Shown in pieces: positions 43,798 to 52,699 of a stretch of DNA of 64,000 nt. The translations under genes were made by a program, and so were the position numbers. The notes under the pieces were generated by a model. It saw only the letters and a list, made by a program, of their open reading frames with translations, did no database searches and was not told where the DNA came from. Position 1 is the stretch's first letter, and each line of letters starts with the position of its first letter. The DNA lies in the IMG/VR virus record IMGVR_UViG_3300003322_000571, positions 124,001 through 188,000 of that record; one strand, 5' to 3'.

Positions 43798-44406
43798 ATG
43801 ACAACAATCGCTACAGCAATTCGCCGCCTAAACAAACTGGCGGACTTCCTGGACACAGTTCCACCTAAGCAATTCAACATCAATCGTTGGTTTGAAACGG
43901 ACGTTGAAGCTGATCACAAACTTCACTTGTACAAGAATAGCAAGAACGTTCCGGTCAAGCAATACATCGAGCGGAGGCACAAGGAGGACAATGAATGCGG
44001 AGCGGCTGCATGTGCTTTTGGCTGGGCTTGTACGATTCCGTCGTTCAAGAAGGCTGGTCTCAAGATGGTCGGCATGATTGGTGAATTTGAGCCACGGTAC
44101 ACGGCAAAAGATGGCCAGGTGTTCCACAATTTCTCCGCCGCTGAGCAATTCTTCGGTATCAACTACGAAACCGCTGAATACCTGTTTGATCCGACGTGCT
44201 ATATTGCACCTCCGTCTGCCAAGGGCGTTGCTCGCCGTATTCGAAGCGTCGTTGCTCAGCTTGAGAAGGGCAATGAGCTGACGTACTATTCGTCGCGTTA
44301 CGGTCACGATACACAGCGGCGCGGTCGCATTGTGACGAAGTACACGAAGATTCAAACATCTAACAAGTCGAAGGAAGACGTCGATGGCATCAATTGGTAC
44401 TGGTAA
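43798..44406 (+). CDS. Tandem paralogue family D, copy 2
   Basis: Same motif set. Confidence 0.85.
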   Translation: MTTIATAIRRLNKLADFLDTVPPKQFNINRWFETDVEADHKLHLYKNSKNVPVKQYIERRHKEDNECGAAACAFGWACTIPSFKKAGLKMVGMIGEFEPRYTAKDGQVFHNFSAAEQFFGINYETAEYLFDPTCYIAPPSAKGVARRIRSVVAQLEKGNELTYYSSRYGHDTQRRGRIVTKYTKIQTSNKSKEDVDGINWYW

Positions 44407-44986
44407 TAAGCGACTGCTGAAGCTGGCGGATTTTCTTCAGACTGTTCCCGAGGAAAGCTTCAACTTGGACAATTGGTTGGAGCACCAAGAAGGGTACAAG
44501 CTGACTGCCGTACAAGAGAAGTTCCGTGAACAGCATCGAACGAATGCACAAAATGTGATTGATAAGAAGGGTGTTGACCTTCTTAATATCGACGTTGAAA
44601 GCCTAACGACACCTCAATGCGGGTTCGCAGCTTGTGCAGTTGGGTGGGCATGTGCAATTCCAGCGTTCCGCAAGGCTGGTCTCCGCATGCGGACTACACA
44701 TCAAACGTCACTCAACTTTTACCCAACACTTGTTGTCAAGGAAGAACATCCTTCAGAATGGCCTCAAGGATTTGATGCTGTTAATCAATTCTTCGGTCTT
44801 TCAAACGATGCGTCTGAGTACATGTTCAATCCGTGTGGTTATATCAACCCACCGTCAGCCAAGCAAGTTGCCAAACGTATTCGTGCGTTCGTTGCAAAGC
44901 GAGAACAAGGATACGACTTGTTCAACTTTGAGGTAGAAACAAACCGCGTCCGTGCGAAGTATTCCAAGAGCAAAGGTTCGAAATGA
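44384..44986 (+). CDS. Tandem paralogue family D, copy 3
   Basis: Same motif set. Confidence 0.85.
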   Translation: MASIGTGNKRLLKLADFLQTVPEESFNLDNWLEHQEGYKLTAVQEKFREQHRTNAQNVIDKKGVDLLNIDVESLTTPQCGFAACAVGWACAIPAFRKAGLRMRTTHQTSLNFYPTLVVKEEHPSEWPQGFDAVNQFFGLSNDASEYMFNPCGYINPPSAKQVAKRIRAFVAKREQGYDLFNFEVETNRVRAKYSKSKGSK

Positions 44987-45462
44987 GTGAACGCCAACTA
45001 GATGTAAGTAACCGCCGTCTACTTAAGCTGGCCGAGCACCTTGATACGATTCCCGTAGAAGCGTTCAACATCCACCACTGGGTTAGTCTCAACGAAAAAG
45101 ATACCGTCTGGGCGCCTGAAGTTAAAAAACTGGAACAGTACGATAGTATTTCTGAAGGCGTACTGGCCAACGTCGAATGTGGATTTGCAGCTTGTGCTGT
45201 TGGTCATGCTTCAAGCATCAAGGAATTCCAGCAGGAAGGTTTCCGTATGCTGCATGATGAGGAATTCGGTCCTATCTATCCGTCGTACAGAGGTCGACAT
45301 AGTTTTGCCGCTGTCAATCTGTTCTTTGGTTTGGATGATGAAGAAGCACAGATGCTGTTTCAATCAACTGGCTACGGGACTAGAAATGTAACACCGTATG
45401 ATGTTGCGAAACAGATTCGCACGTTTGTCAATACACGGACAGAATATAACGGCGAGTATTGA
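44983..45462 (+). CDS. Tandem paralogue family D, copy 4
   Basis: Same motif set. Confidence 0.85.
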   Translation: MSERQLDVSNRRLLKLAEHLDTIPVEAFNIHHWVSLNEKDTVWAPEVKKLEQYDSISEGVLANVECGFAACAVGHASSIKEFQQEGFRMLHDEEFGPIYPSYRGRHSFAAVNLFFGLDDEEAQMLFQSTGYGTRNVTPYDVAKQIRTFVNTRTEYNGEY

Positions 45463-45469
45463 TCGCTTG

Positions 45470-45520
45470 TTGTGAATGAAATAAGGTGAGAGTATCATGA
45501 CTCTCACCTTTTCTTTTATT
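45470..45520 (+). promoter_or_regulatory. Promoter embedded in a terminator-like hairpin
   Basis: TTGTGA-17-TATCAT; AAGGTGAGAGT/ACTCTCACCTT followed by TTCTTTTATT. Confidence 0.75.
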
Positions 45521-45531
45521 AGGTAACTGAA

Positions 45532-45801
45532 ATGCCTCGTCATCTTGAAGTCAATGTTTCTACGATTGGTCATTTGGATCTTCGTGAGTACAAGCCGGAG
45601 CCTTGTGTGTACGGCGGGTTCAGGATTCCGTCCCGGTTCTTCCGTGAAGGGGCTGACCAACTGACACGGGAACAGTTTGCAGAGATGCTCGTTCGTGAAT
45701 TCGAAGCTGGTATTCAGCGCTTGGAGGATGAAGTCAACGAGTATCACGCCAATGCCGGACGTGAACTGGTCAAGTTGCCATTTAGCTACAAACAATCATG
45801 A
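45532..45801 (+). CDS. Hypothetical protein
   Basis: ORF after promoter. Confidence 0.7.
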   Translation: MPRHLEVNVSTIGHLDLREYKPEPCVYGGFRIPSRFFREGADQLTREQFAEMLVREFEAGIQRLEDEVNEYHANAGRELVKLPFSYKQS

Positions 45802-46160
45802 GTCTAGTCACTTATACTGCTGCTCAAGCGAAGCGTGATTACTCACAGTCAACAGCGGCAATTAGACAAGCTGTTCGTGAAATCGAGCAGATCATTGCAC
45901 AAGCTGCAAATGACGGAAAAGCATCAGTCGAAGTTCATTCACTGAAGCACAACAATGAATTTGTCCACTACCATCTTCCGACATACACGTGTTTGCAGAT
46001 GTCAGAAGCGTCCGCTGCTATTGTTGATGCTTTCAAAGCAGCTGGTTACCGCTGCGGATTTGTCCGCGATGAAGGTTACATTCCAGCCAGTCGCGCAGGT
46101 GAATGCAACGAAGAACAATATCGTCTCCACCGCTGGGTGTTGACATTTTACTGGGATTAA
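45798..46160 (+). CDS. Hypothetical protein
   Basis: Coupled ORF. Confidence 0.7.
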   Translation: MSLVTYTAAQAKRDYSQSTAAIRQAVREIEQIIAQAANDGKASVEVHSLKHNNEFVHYHLPTYTCLQMSEASAAIVDAFKAAGYRCGFVRDEGYIPASRAGECNEEQYRLHRWVLTFYWD

Positions 46161-46163
46161 TAC

Positions 46164-46880
46164 ATGAGTCACAATGATAAGCGAAGCGTCCATACCGACG
46201 CTCTAGAAACCCTCGGCACAATCATTTCTGATAGTGAGAAGCGAGACGCAATCCACCTAGCTGTCGAACCGATCGAAGCGGGTGAAATGCTCGTTCCTGG
46301 TCAAGACGTTGGTATCGCCTATGGTAAGGCGTTCCACCGTGGTGTTAACCATGTTGGTATCGTTGATCCGTTCCTCAAGGTCGCCGTCAGGCCTGGTCAG
46401 AAGTTCTGGCTAGTTGTTTATCCGCGGAAGATCACATCGCTTCGTCATGTGTGGACACATCCCGACTTTGCAGAAGTTCCGGAGGTCGCCGCCGTGCAAG
46501 CCCCTTTCGTCGAACCCAATCCGGAGGTTCCCGCCGTTAAAGCGACAACTCCTCGGAAGCGAAAGTCGCAAGCACGCATCAACGATGAAGTAGCCGTCCC
46601 GCCAGAGCTAAACGATCCAAGGGTTGCTGCTGATCTATGGCTACGTAATTATGCTGGCCTCGTTGATGCTGACTATGACGAGATGATGTACGTTGCTCAA
46701 CAACACTACAATTACACGATCGGACTGTCGAAAAGTTGGCCTGACTATCTTATCGACGGTGGTAAGTGGGAAGGTGAAAGTGTGCCAAGCGAGTTTTGGG
46801 ATCATTTCGTTGTGTTGAAGGGCCTTGAACCACTAGCAGACGACGTGTGGAAGCCGTCGTTCTTTAGCTGCAGCTGCTGA
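46164..46880 (+). CDS. Conserved phage hypothetical protein
   Basis: RDAIHLAV...GIVDPFL...ITSLRHVWTHP. Confidence 0.8.
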   Translation: MSHNDKRSVHTDALETLGTIISDSEKRDAIHLAVEPIEAGEMLVPGQDVGIAYGKAFHRGVNHVGIVDPFLKVAVRPGQKFWLVVYPRKITSLRHVWTHPDFAEVPEVAAVQAPFVEPNPEVPAVKATTPRKRKSQARINDEVAVPPELNDPRVAADLWLRNYAGLVDADYDEMMYVAQQHYNYTIGLSKSWPDYLIDGGKWEGESVPSEFWDHFVVLKGLEPLADDVWKPSFFSCSC

Positions 46881-46881
46881 T

Positions 46882-47265
46882 ATGAGAACACCGAAACCAA
46901 ACCTTGGTGTCCTGTACCGGTACGACTACACTGCTTATTTCAATGGTGCATACGACATGAACGGTGAAATGTACAGGGTAGGACCACCTAAGCCGGTTAT
47001 TCACTGTGACAAGTTCAGGATTGTCAAAGTCACTCCGAAAGGAAACTGGATTGACGTTCATGGCAAACGGAAGTTTGTTCTGGGAACAGCACAAAAGCAG
47101 TATGCTTGTAGGACTCAGGAAGAAGCTCTCGTGTCATTCAAAGCACGGAAAGAGCGACATCTGAGTATTCTCCAACAGAAGATGAATGAACTCGAACGAG
47201 TGCTCGAGTTGGCAGAAACCGCTGATAAACTGGAAGCGAGGCAAACATGGTGGTCCAATACGTAA
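46882..47265 (+). CDS. Hypothetical protein
   Basis: VKVTPKG.WI motif. Confidence 0.75.
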   Translation: MRTPKPNLGVLYRYDYTAYFNGAYDMNGEMYRVGPPKPVIHCDKFRIVKVTPKGNWIDVHGKRKFVLGTAQKQYACRTQEEALVSFKARKERHLSILQQKMNELERVLELAETADKLEARQTWWSNT

Positions 47266-47687
47266 TTGTCAAATACGCAGATGAAGTATACGATACCGCT
47301 GGTACGTTCAAACACGGTGCTTTTGCTGATGCGAGCGCTCACGACACGTACACAGGACGAAAGCTTCATTGCAAGACGGTATACGACACTGAGCAAGAAG
47401 CACAAGTGAAGTGTGATGAGATGCGTAAGTTTAACCCTCACGGATACTACGCAGTCAAGCGAGTCCTCGACTTGTATGACCTCACTGATCGCATTGCACG
47501 TTTGGAAACTATTGTAGAAGCCGCTAATGCGATTGCATCGCATTTTACGACTTGCGAACAGCAGCGTGGAGAACTGTATCCAGAAACGTGTCGCAATCCA
47601 ATCAACAACAGTGTGATTCCAAACGCTGTGATGATTCCGATTGCGATGCTACGGAAGTTGCAACAGGCAACGAACCAGACCCAATAA
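47247..47687 (+). CDS. Hypothetical protein
   Basis: Coupled ORF. Confidence 0.7.
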   Translation: MVVQYVIVKYADEVYDTAGTFKHGAFADASAHDTYTGRKLHCKTVYDTEQEAQVKCDEMRKFNPHGYYAVKRVLDLYDLTDRIARLETIVEAANAIASHFTTCEQQRGELYPETCRNPINNSVIPNAVMIPIAMLRKLQQATNQTQ

Positions 47688-47720
47688 CAAAACTGAGATA
47701 TTAAGGTAACAACCTACAGG

Positions 47721-47750
47721 ATAGCCGCCTGAGCGCGGCTACTTTCTCTG
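47721..47750 (+). terminator. Terminator-like hairpin
   Basis: TAGCCGC-CTGAGC-GCGGCTA plus CTTTCTCT. Confidence 0.55.
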
Positions 47751-47754
47751 CAAC

Positions 47755-48030
47755 AAAAGATTAGTCCGTGAAACACCGGGCGCAAAATGGCATACGGAGG
47801 TCGCAAAAGCGATATACGGTTCGTCAGGCGGCTTGCAGCGCATAGGACGATAAACGGCAGCGGAACAAGAGGTCAATCTCTCCGCCGGCTGAAGCAACAA
47901 TATTGACTAACCATTGAAATGGCGGCGGAGACACGGCTCTGCTTGTTACCGGCTGTGCCTAACTTCGCTTTGCATAAAAGCTGGGAGCTTCCCGGCTATA
48001 CCTCCATCGTTTGCATGCACATGTGGTTAA
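47755..48030 (+). ncRNA. Structured non-coding RNA candidate
   Basis: About 280 nt ORF-free, at least 6 hairpins, G-T pairs favour the + strand. Confidence 0.4.
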
Positions 48031-48064
48031 ATTGTACATTTTGTGTGTTTTATAAGGAGCTACC

Positions 48065-48274
48065 ATGTGGCTTATGATTGCCTTGTTTGTTGTCATTGCG
48101 GTACTGACGCTGTTCGCATTCATTACTGACAACCAGTCGCATACGTATACCAGTGAGTTGATTTGCCGTGCCCTGTGTGTATGCGCAATAGTCGCGTACT
48201 TTAATGTCTGGGCTGGCTTTGCCAGTGTCGTCTTGACGTATATCTACTTTAGGTTTGTGAGGAAATATGATTGA
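48065..48274 (+). CDS. Small membrane protein
   Basis: AAGGAG RBS; hydrophobic. Confidence 0.7.
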   Translation: MWLMIALFVVIAVLTLFAFITDNQSHTYTSELICRALCVCAIVAYFNVWAGFASVVLTYIYFRFVRKYD

Positions 48275-48467
48275 TGTGATTGCGCAGATTCTTCTGCTGA
48301 CAACGATTATGATGGTCGTTCTTGGATTCGTTTTCAGGGACAGTGACTACAAGCGATGGGCTGCTTATTGCTTTGTTCCAGGTATTTTGCTGTACCTGTT
48401 TGGCTTCTACTTGACGGTGCTGATCTTTGGTGTGTACGCACTGGTCAAGTACTTTGACAAGAGGTGA
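48267..48467 (+). CDS. Small membrane protein
   Basis: Hydrophobic, coupled. Confidence 0.7.
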   Translation: MIDVIAQILLLTTIMMVVLGFVFRDSDYKRWAAYCFVPGILLYLFGFYLTVLIFGVYALVKYFDKR

Positions 48468-48470
48468 AGT

Positions 48471-48680
48471 ATGATCGCCGTTAACGACTTAGTTTCACTT
48501 TTGTTGGTTGTAGGCGGCGTATGTGCCTTCTTCATCGGCCTGTTCTCCATTCACACGCAAACATTGATTTGGGGCGTCCGAGGGGTATTGACAGGGATTC
48601 TGTTGTGCACTGTCGGTTTCTCGATTACTTGTGTGATCCTCTTTGTGTACTACGTGTATCAGTGGTTTGACTCACGTTGA
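48471..48680 (+). CDS. Small membrane protein
   Basis: Hydrophobic, coupled. Confidence 0.7.
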   Translation: MIAVNDLVSLLLVVGGVCAFFIGLFSIHTQTLIWGVRGVLTGILLCTVGFSITCVILFVYYVYQWFDSR

Positions 48681-48739
48681 CGCGTATAGGGTTAGGTTAC
48701 ATAGTTGACTGGTAACTTTTAACTGAGGTTGTCTAACCC

Positions 48740-48991
48740 ATGCGTACTGATTTCGCCGATGAGCACAAAGACTACAACCGTTTCGAATTCGCTGGTCAAG
48801 CTGTTTGGGCTGAGAAGGATCTGGAAGCGAAGCGGGACTTGTTCATCAAGACGATGGTCGATAAGTTTGCCTACCCAAAGAAAGCAGACCAATTCCGTCA
48901 GAAAGCAATCAAAACGACGAATCCGACCGTGATCGACAAGATGGTTGGTGATTTGATCTTGCTGCAGAGCGGCGATAAGGTGATTCGATGA
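48740..48991 (+). CDS. Hypothetical protein
   Basis: GAGG RBS, upstream promoter TTGACG..CATAGT. Confidence 0.75.
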   Translation: MRTDFADEHKDYNRFEFAGQAVWAEKDLEAKRDLFIKTMVDKFAYPKKADQFRQKAIKTTNPTVIDKMVGDLILLQSGDKVIR

Positions 48992-49572
48992 ACAAGTTTC
49001 ACGTCCAACCGATCACGGAAACTGACAAAACGATAGTTGGCCAGATTGCTCACCTCGAGCAAGTCGCAACACGTGTCGATCAGGCGATGGTGATTATGTC
49101 TAAACTGGGAATTGAATTGGCTCAATTCCCAGAGATGTTCAACGAGCTTGTTAAGCGGTACGTTGAACTCCAACCGAAACAACGACCAGCATCTCCTGGT
49201 CATCTGAACCATTGCAATCTCAACTTCCCAGCAACGATCGATTCTGTTGACGATTACTGTTCGTGTCAGTTTCACACGGTTGTCGCATTCCCGAGTGATC
49301 ATGTGTTTACGAGAAGGGAGAACGGCGAAGCCCTGCGTAAGCAATGGCACCTTGATGGTCGAGATACTAACGATGAAATCGTCATTGTTCAGATTCCTGA
49401 CACGATGTACACTATTTCTTCGTCGTTTTTCATCGGGTTGTTTGCTGACTCCCTGCGTAAGATGGGTCGTGAGCGGTTCAAGGAAAAATACAGGTTCGTC
49501 GGTTCGTCCAAAACAGATACGATCCAAGACGTGCTGAATGTTCACATTCAGACGACACTTCGCTGGATATAA
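48988..49572 (+). CDS. Protein with C-terminal STAS-like (DUF4325-type) domain
   Basis: GEALRK...IVIVQIPD..YTISSSFFIGLF..S...G...F..KY.F. Confidence 0.6.
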   Translation: MNKFHVQPITETDKTIVGQIAHLEQVATRVDQAMVIMSKLGIELAQFPEMFNELVKRYVELQPKQRPASPGHLNHCNLNFPATIDSVDDYCSCQFHTVVAFPSDHVFTRRENGEALRKQWHLDGRDTNDEIVIVQIPDTMYTISSSFFIGLFADSLRKMGRERFKEKYRFVGSSKTDTIQDVLNVHIQTTLRWI

Positions 49573-49573
49573 T

Positions 49574-49798
49574 ATGAAATACACACAATATACTCTCATC
49601 GTTGAGGGAGATGATGAGGATGTCTTCGTCGCTCAAATCAACGAGAAAATTCAACAAGGATGGCAACCGATTGGCGGTGTTGCTGCTTCGAACGGTTTTC
49701 TGCTGCAGGCCATGGGTCTGCCCGAACAAACAACTTTGATCACAGAGGTCGGCAATGATCTACACGCAAGTCAACTCGCAGCCTCTAGCCACCACTGA
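49574..49798 (+). CDS. DUF1737-like small protein
   Basis: FVAQINEKIQQGWQPIGGV...QAM. Confidence 0.65.
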   Translation: MKYTQYTLIVEGDDEDVFVAQINEKIQQGWQPIGGVAASNGFLLQAMGLPEQTTLITEVGNDLHASQLAASSHH

Positions 49799-50099
49799 GT
49801 ACGAGGCACTGATCCAGCAGTTCACCGAGAAGTTCTTCTTCGACTTCATGGAATACGGCAAGGGCGGAATCAAGCGCGTTAGTGAAGACTTCATCGACAC
49901 AATCGAGGCGTGGTACAAGGCTCGTTATCCTGAGTATGCAAACACAAACATCTCAACTGCGGATCACAAGCGGACAACGCTGTACATCATGCAAGAGATC
50001 GTCAATGCGTTGATCACTCAAGGGACAGGTGGCATCAAATCTGTGTGCTACAGCTCCACGTCGTATGTGTTTAGTATGTTGAAGGGCTCCGTACAATGA
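49755..50099 (+). CDS. Hypothetical protein
   Basis: Coupled ORF. Confidence 0.65.
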   Translation: MIYTQVNSQPLATTEYEALIQQFTEKFFFDFMEYGKGGIKRVSEDFIDTIEAWYKARYPEYANTNISTADHKRTTLYIMQEIVNALITQGTGGIKSVCYSSTSYVFSMLKGSVQ

Positions 50100-50371
50100 A
50101 ACCGGTTATTCCTCTTCATTTGTTTCATAACGACCGTCCAAACGAACTTTGGATTGACAGTATCGAGTTGCAACAATATGCTGGATGGAAGTCGGGTTTC
50201 ATTGTCGAGATGCATGATTCAGCACTCGCTGAGGCGACTTTCACCTCTGCGGAAACGAAAGCTGGTGGTCAGCAACTGAAGTTTGAACTGTTGTCGACGA
50301 CCGTAATTACAATCTGGCACACACCCAACGCACGTATGGGGTGGGTGTCTTCCGATGATATTGCAAGATGA
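50096..50371 (+). CDS. Hypothetical protein
   Basis: Coupled ORF. Confidence 0.65.
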   Translation: MKPVIPLHLFHNDRPNELWIDSIELQQYAGWKSGFIVEMHDSALAEATFTSAETKAGGQQLKFELLSTTVITIWHTPNARMGWVSSDDIAR

Positions 50372-50643
50372 ACGTATACCAAACTGAATCAGTCCGCCTG
50401 ATGGAAGAAGTCTTCGATATTGATTACTTCGTTGAGACGTTCTTCTTTGTTTTGAAGATGAACGCTATGACGGTCGACGGAATTCGCAAAGGTAAATTTT
50501 CGAACACCAAGCTGCTCACACTGTGGAATCGTTTTTGGGAATATCTTCCGGACACTGAAAGCATTCGAACGTTGACGTTCTTCCATCTGTGTGATATGTG
50601 CGACGGTACATATGATCCAGAAGACGACACTGATATTGGGTGA
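50368..50643 (+). CDS. Hypothetical protein
   Basis: Coupled ORF. Confidence 0.7.
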   Translation: MNVYQTESVRLMEEVFDIDYFVETFFFVLKMNAMTVDGIRKGKFSNTKLLTLWNRFWEYLPDTESIRTLTFFHLCDMCDGTYDPEDDTDIG

Positions 50644-50658
50644 TGGAGGAGTCGTAAC

Positions 50659-51087
50659 ATGACAAAGATGTATATTCCTCAGCTGCGGGACAAGATCCAA
50701 TTGACTGCTGATTGGACATTCAAATTGTACTGTGAGTCGCGCAATAGTTCGTTGTTCGAAGAAACAGATATCCGGCAGAAGCAACAAGCAGCGTGGCAAC
50801 GGTACCGAGACATTGAAGATCAAATCCAACAACTGGGTGGGAAGTATTCAGTAACTCAGGACCTACGAGACCAGTGTAAACAAGCGTATCATGATGCATA
50901 TCATGTTTACGTTGACTACACGTTCCCTGTCGGCACAGTCTTGTCGATCGACCGGATCTACATCAAGAACGGTCAGACGGATTACAATAGTGTGACGTTC
51001 CGCTTGGTTGATCCGTATCGCAAGGGCGTCCGGTTCTGGGCGAAACTCGCTGATGTTAACACGATCGAATTCGACCTCTTACCCTGA
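50659..51087 (+). CDS. Hypothetical protein
   Basis: GGAGG RBS; W.F.L..E.RN...GT.L.IDRIYI...S.TF...RFWAKL.D.N. Confidence 0.8.
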   Translation: MTKMYIPQLRDKIQLTADWTFKLYCESRNSSLFEETDIRQKQQAAWQRYRDIEDQIQQLGGKYSVTQDLRDQCKQAYHDAYHVYVDYTFPVGTVLSIDRIYIKNGQTDYNSVTFRLVDPYRKGVRFWAKLADVNTIEFDLLP

Positions 51088-51153
51088 GGTCTGAGTGTTG
51101 ACACCCATGGCTGACGTTCCTATAGTGGAGTTGTTCATTTAAGGAGAACAGTC

Positions 51154-51279
51154 ATGGAATACGTAACGTTGATTCTGTTGGTGATCGTCGGTATTGGTGG
51201 TGGTTTGGCTTTCCGTCAACATCGCCGCACTACACGGCAAGAGCCGTTCAAGACGCAGCTGCACGACAGCCGCAAGTAA
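51154..51279 (+). CDS. Single-TM peptide (41 aa)
   Basis: AAGGAG RBS, own promoter. Confidence 0.6.
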   Translation: MEYVTLILLVIVGIGGGLAFRQHRRTTRQEPFKTQLHDSRK

Positions 51280-51288
51280 AGGATTTGT

Positions 51289-52047
51289 ATGACGAAGTCG
51301 ACGTTCGGCTTTCACAAACTAATTGGCGCAACGATCAAAACCGTTGTTTCAGATGGCGTTGGCGACGTTATCACCCTGATCGACACAGACGGTGTCAAGT
51401 ATCGTGTGTTGGTCGAAGGTGATGGATTGGTGTCTCTTACCAAGAAGTCACCTCGTAAGCCTCGCGCGAAGAAATCTGGTCTTTCTGACGACTGGCCGGT
51501 GCCTAAGGGGCCGAGTCATCCTAGCGTCAAGGAGATCGCTGAGTTCAATAAACTAAACGAACGTCTGATTGAAGTTAAGAAGTCGTTCCCTGCTTGGCCT
51601 TATCCGACCAAAGAGCAGTATGAAGTACGATCGGAAGAGCGTTCTTCGATAGCCAAGGAGCTGAAGAAGAATAAGAAGCTGTGGAAGAAGCACAAAGCAC
51701 AACAGCATTCTGCTGACACTCTATCACAGTCGTCGCTTAACTTGCACTATGTGTCGATCCATGTGATCGAGAAGGTGCTTAAGCCGATCGTTGCTAGCCG
51801 TTTGCACTTCGAAGAACGGAAGATCGTCCCGCATACGTTGATCTTCAAGGATTCGATCACAGACGAACTTGATCGCGTTGAGTTTTTGATGGCGGTTGAA
51901 GATGCGTTTGGACTCGAACTACCTGATACCTGGTTGACTGAGAACTACGACAACGTGAAGTTCGAACGTTTCGTCACCGAGCTTCATGTTCGGTTGAATA
52001 GCAAGTTGTTCGTTGAAACACGCAAGTATGTCCCCGGACTGCGGTAA
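51289..52047 (+). CDS. Lys-rich protein with C-terminal acyl-carrier-protein-like domain
   Basis: DSITDELDRVEFLMAVEDAFGLELPD matches ACP helix II, with Glu at the Ser site. Confidence 0.65.
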   Translation: MTKSTFGFHKLIGATIKTVVSDGVGDVITLIDTDGVKYRVLVEGDGLVSLTKKSPRKPRAKKSGLSDDWPVPKGPSHPSVKEIAEFNKLNERLIEVKKSFPAWPYPTKEQYEVRSEERSSIAKELKKNKKLWKKHKAQQHSADTLSQSSLNLHYVSIHVIEKVLKPIVASRLHFEERKIVPHTLIFKDSITDELDRVEFLMAVEDAFGLELPDTWLTENYDNVKFERFVTELHVRLNSKLFVETRKYVPGLR

Positions 52048-52068
52048 TTAGGCGATTTAAGTAGTACT

Positions 52069-52098
52069 ACGGGAGCTACACGCTCCCGTTTTTATTTG
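52069..52098 (+). terminator. Intrinsic terminator
   Basis: ACGGGAGC/GCTCCCGT plus T tract. Confidence 0.75.
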
Positions 52099-52353
52099 AG
52101 GTTTTGTATGTTGATGACACAATACACGTACTTGCTGTGGCAAGATGACCGTGGAACACACATCAAACTGATGCATAAAGAACTGCAAGAGAAAGTCAAG
52201 CATTTCTTCATCGCTGGACAGCGAGATCCTGGTCCAATTCATTCCCATATGCGCAGCCTTACTGATGAACTGTGTGACGGATTCTTCCCTGATCCAAACC
52301 GTCGTAAGAAGAAAGAGAAGAAGCCAAAAGAGGAAACTGTTGAGGTCAAATAA
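52096..52353 (+). CDS. Hypothetical protein, basic tail
   Basis: ORF. Confidence 0.6.
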   Translation: MRFCMLMTQYTYLLWQDDRGTHIKLMHKELQEKVKHFFIAGQRDPGPIHSHMRSLTDELCDGFFPDPNRRKKKEKKPKEETVEVK

Positions 52354-52385
52354 CTTGCCACTATAATTGCGGTAAGTTAAATCTC

Positions 52386-52691
52386 TTGGAGTTGGTCGTG
52401 AATCGTCTTCCGATGGTCGGTGATATTGTTCGTACGTCGTGCGGGGTTGATCAATTGGTAGTTAGCGTCGATAACAAAGTGCCGCAGAGCAACGACTTTG
52501 TTTTTAACACGGTTCCGTTCATGGACGACATGCCGATGTCAAAACTGAACCACAATGCCTACCACATTTCTTTCGACCGCAAGACGGTCGTTGGTGGACG
52601 TAGTGTCATCCTGAAAGACCTTGAGTTCATCAACAGCGCAAAGATCAAAGAAACAAAGACGGACTATGTGTTTGTCAAATACAATAAGTGA
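52386..52691 (+). CDS. Hypothetical protein
   Basis: Downstream of hairpin promoter 52340-52379. Confidence 0.65.
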   Translation: MELVVNRLPMVGDIVRTSCGVDQLVVSVDNKVPQSNDFVFNTVPFMDDMPMSKLNHNAYHISFDRKTVVGGRSVILKDLEFINSAKIKETKTDYVFVKYNK

Positions 52692-52699
52692 GGTAGCTT

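Noticed and set aside
47915-48010. tRNA on the minus strand
   Set aside because: Cloverleaf-like stems, but no TTCRA T-loop or canonical D-loop, and G-T pairs favour the + strand
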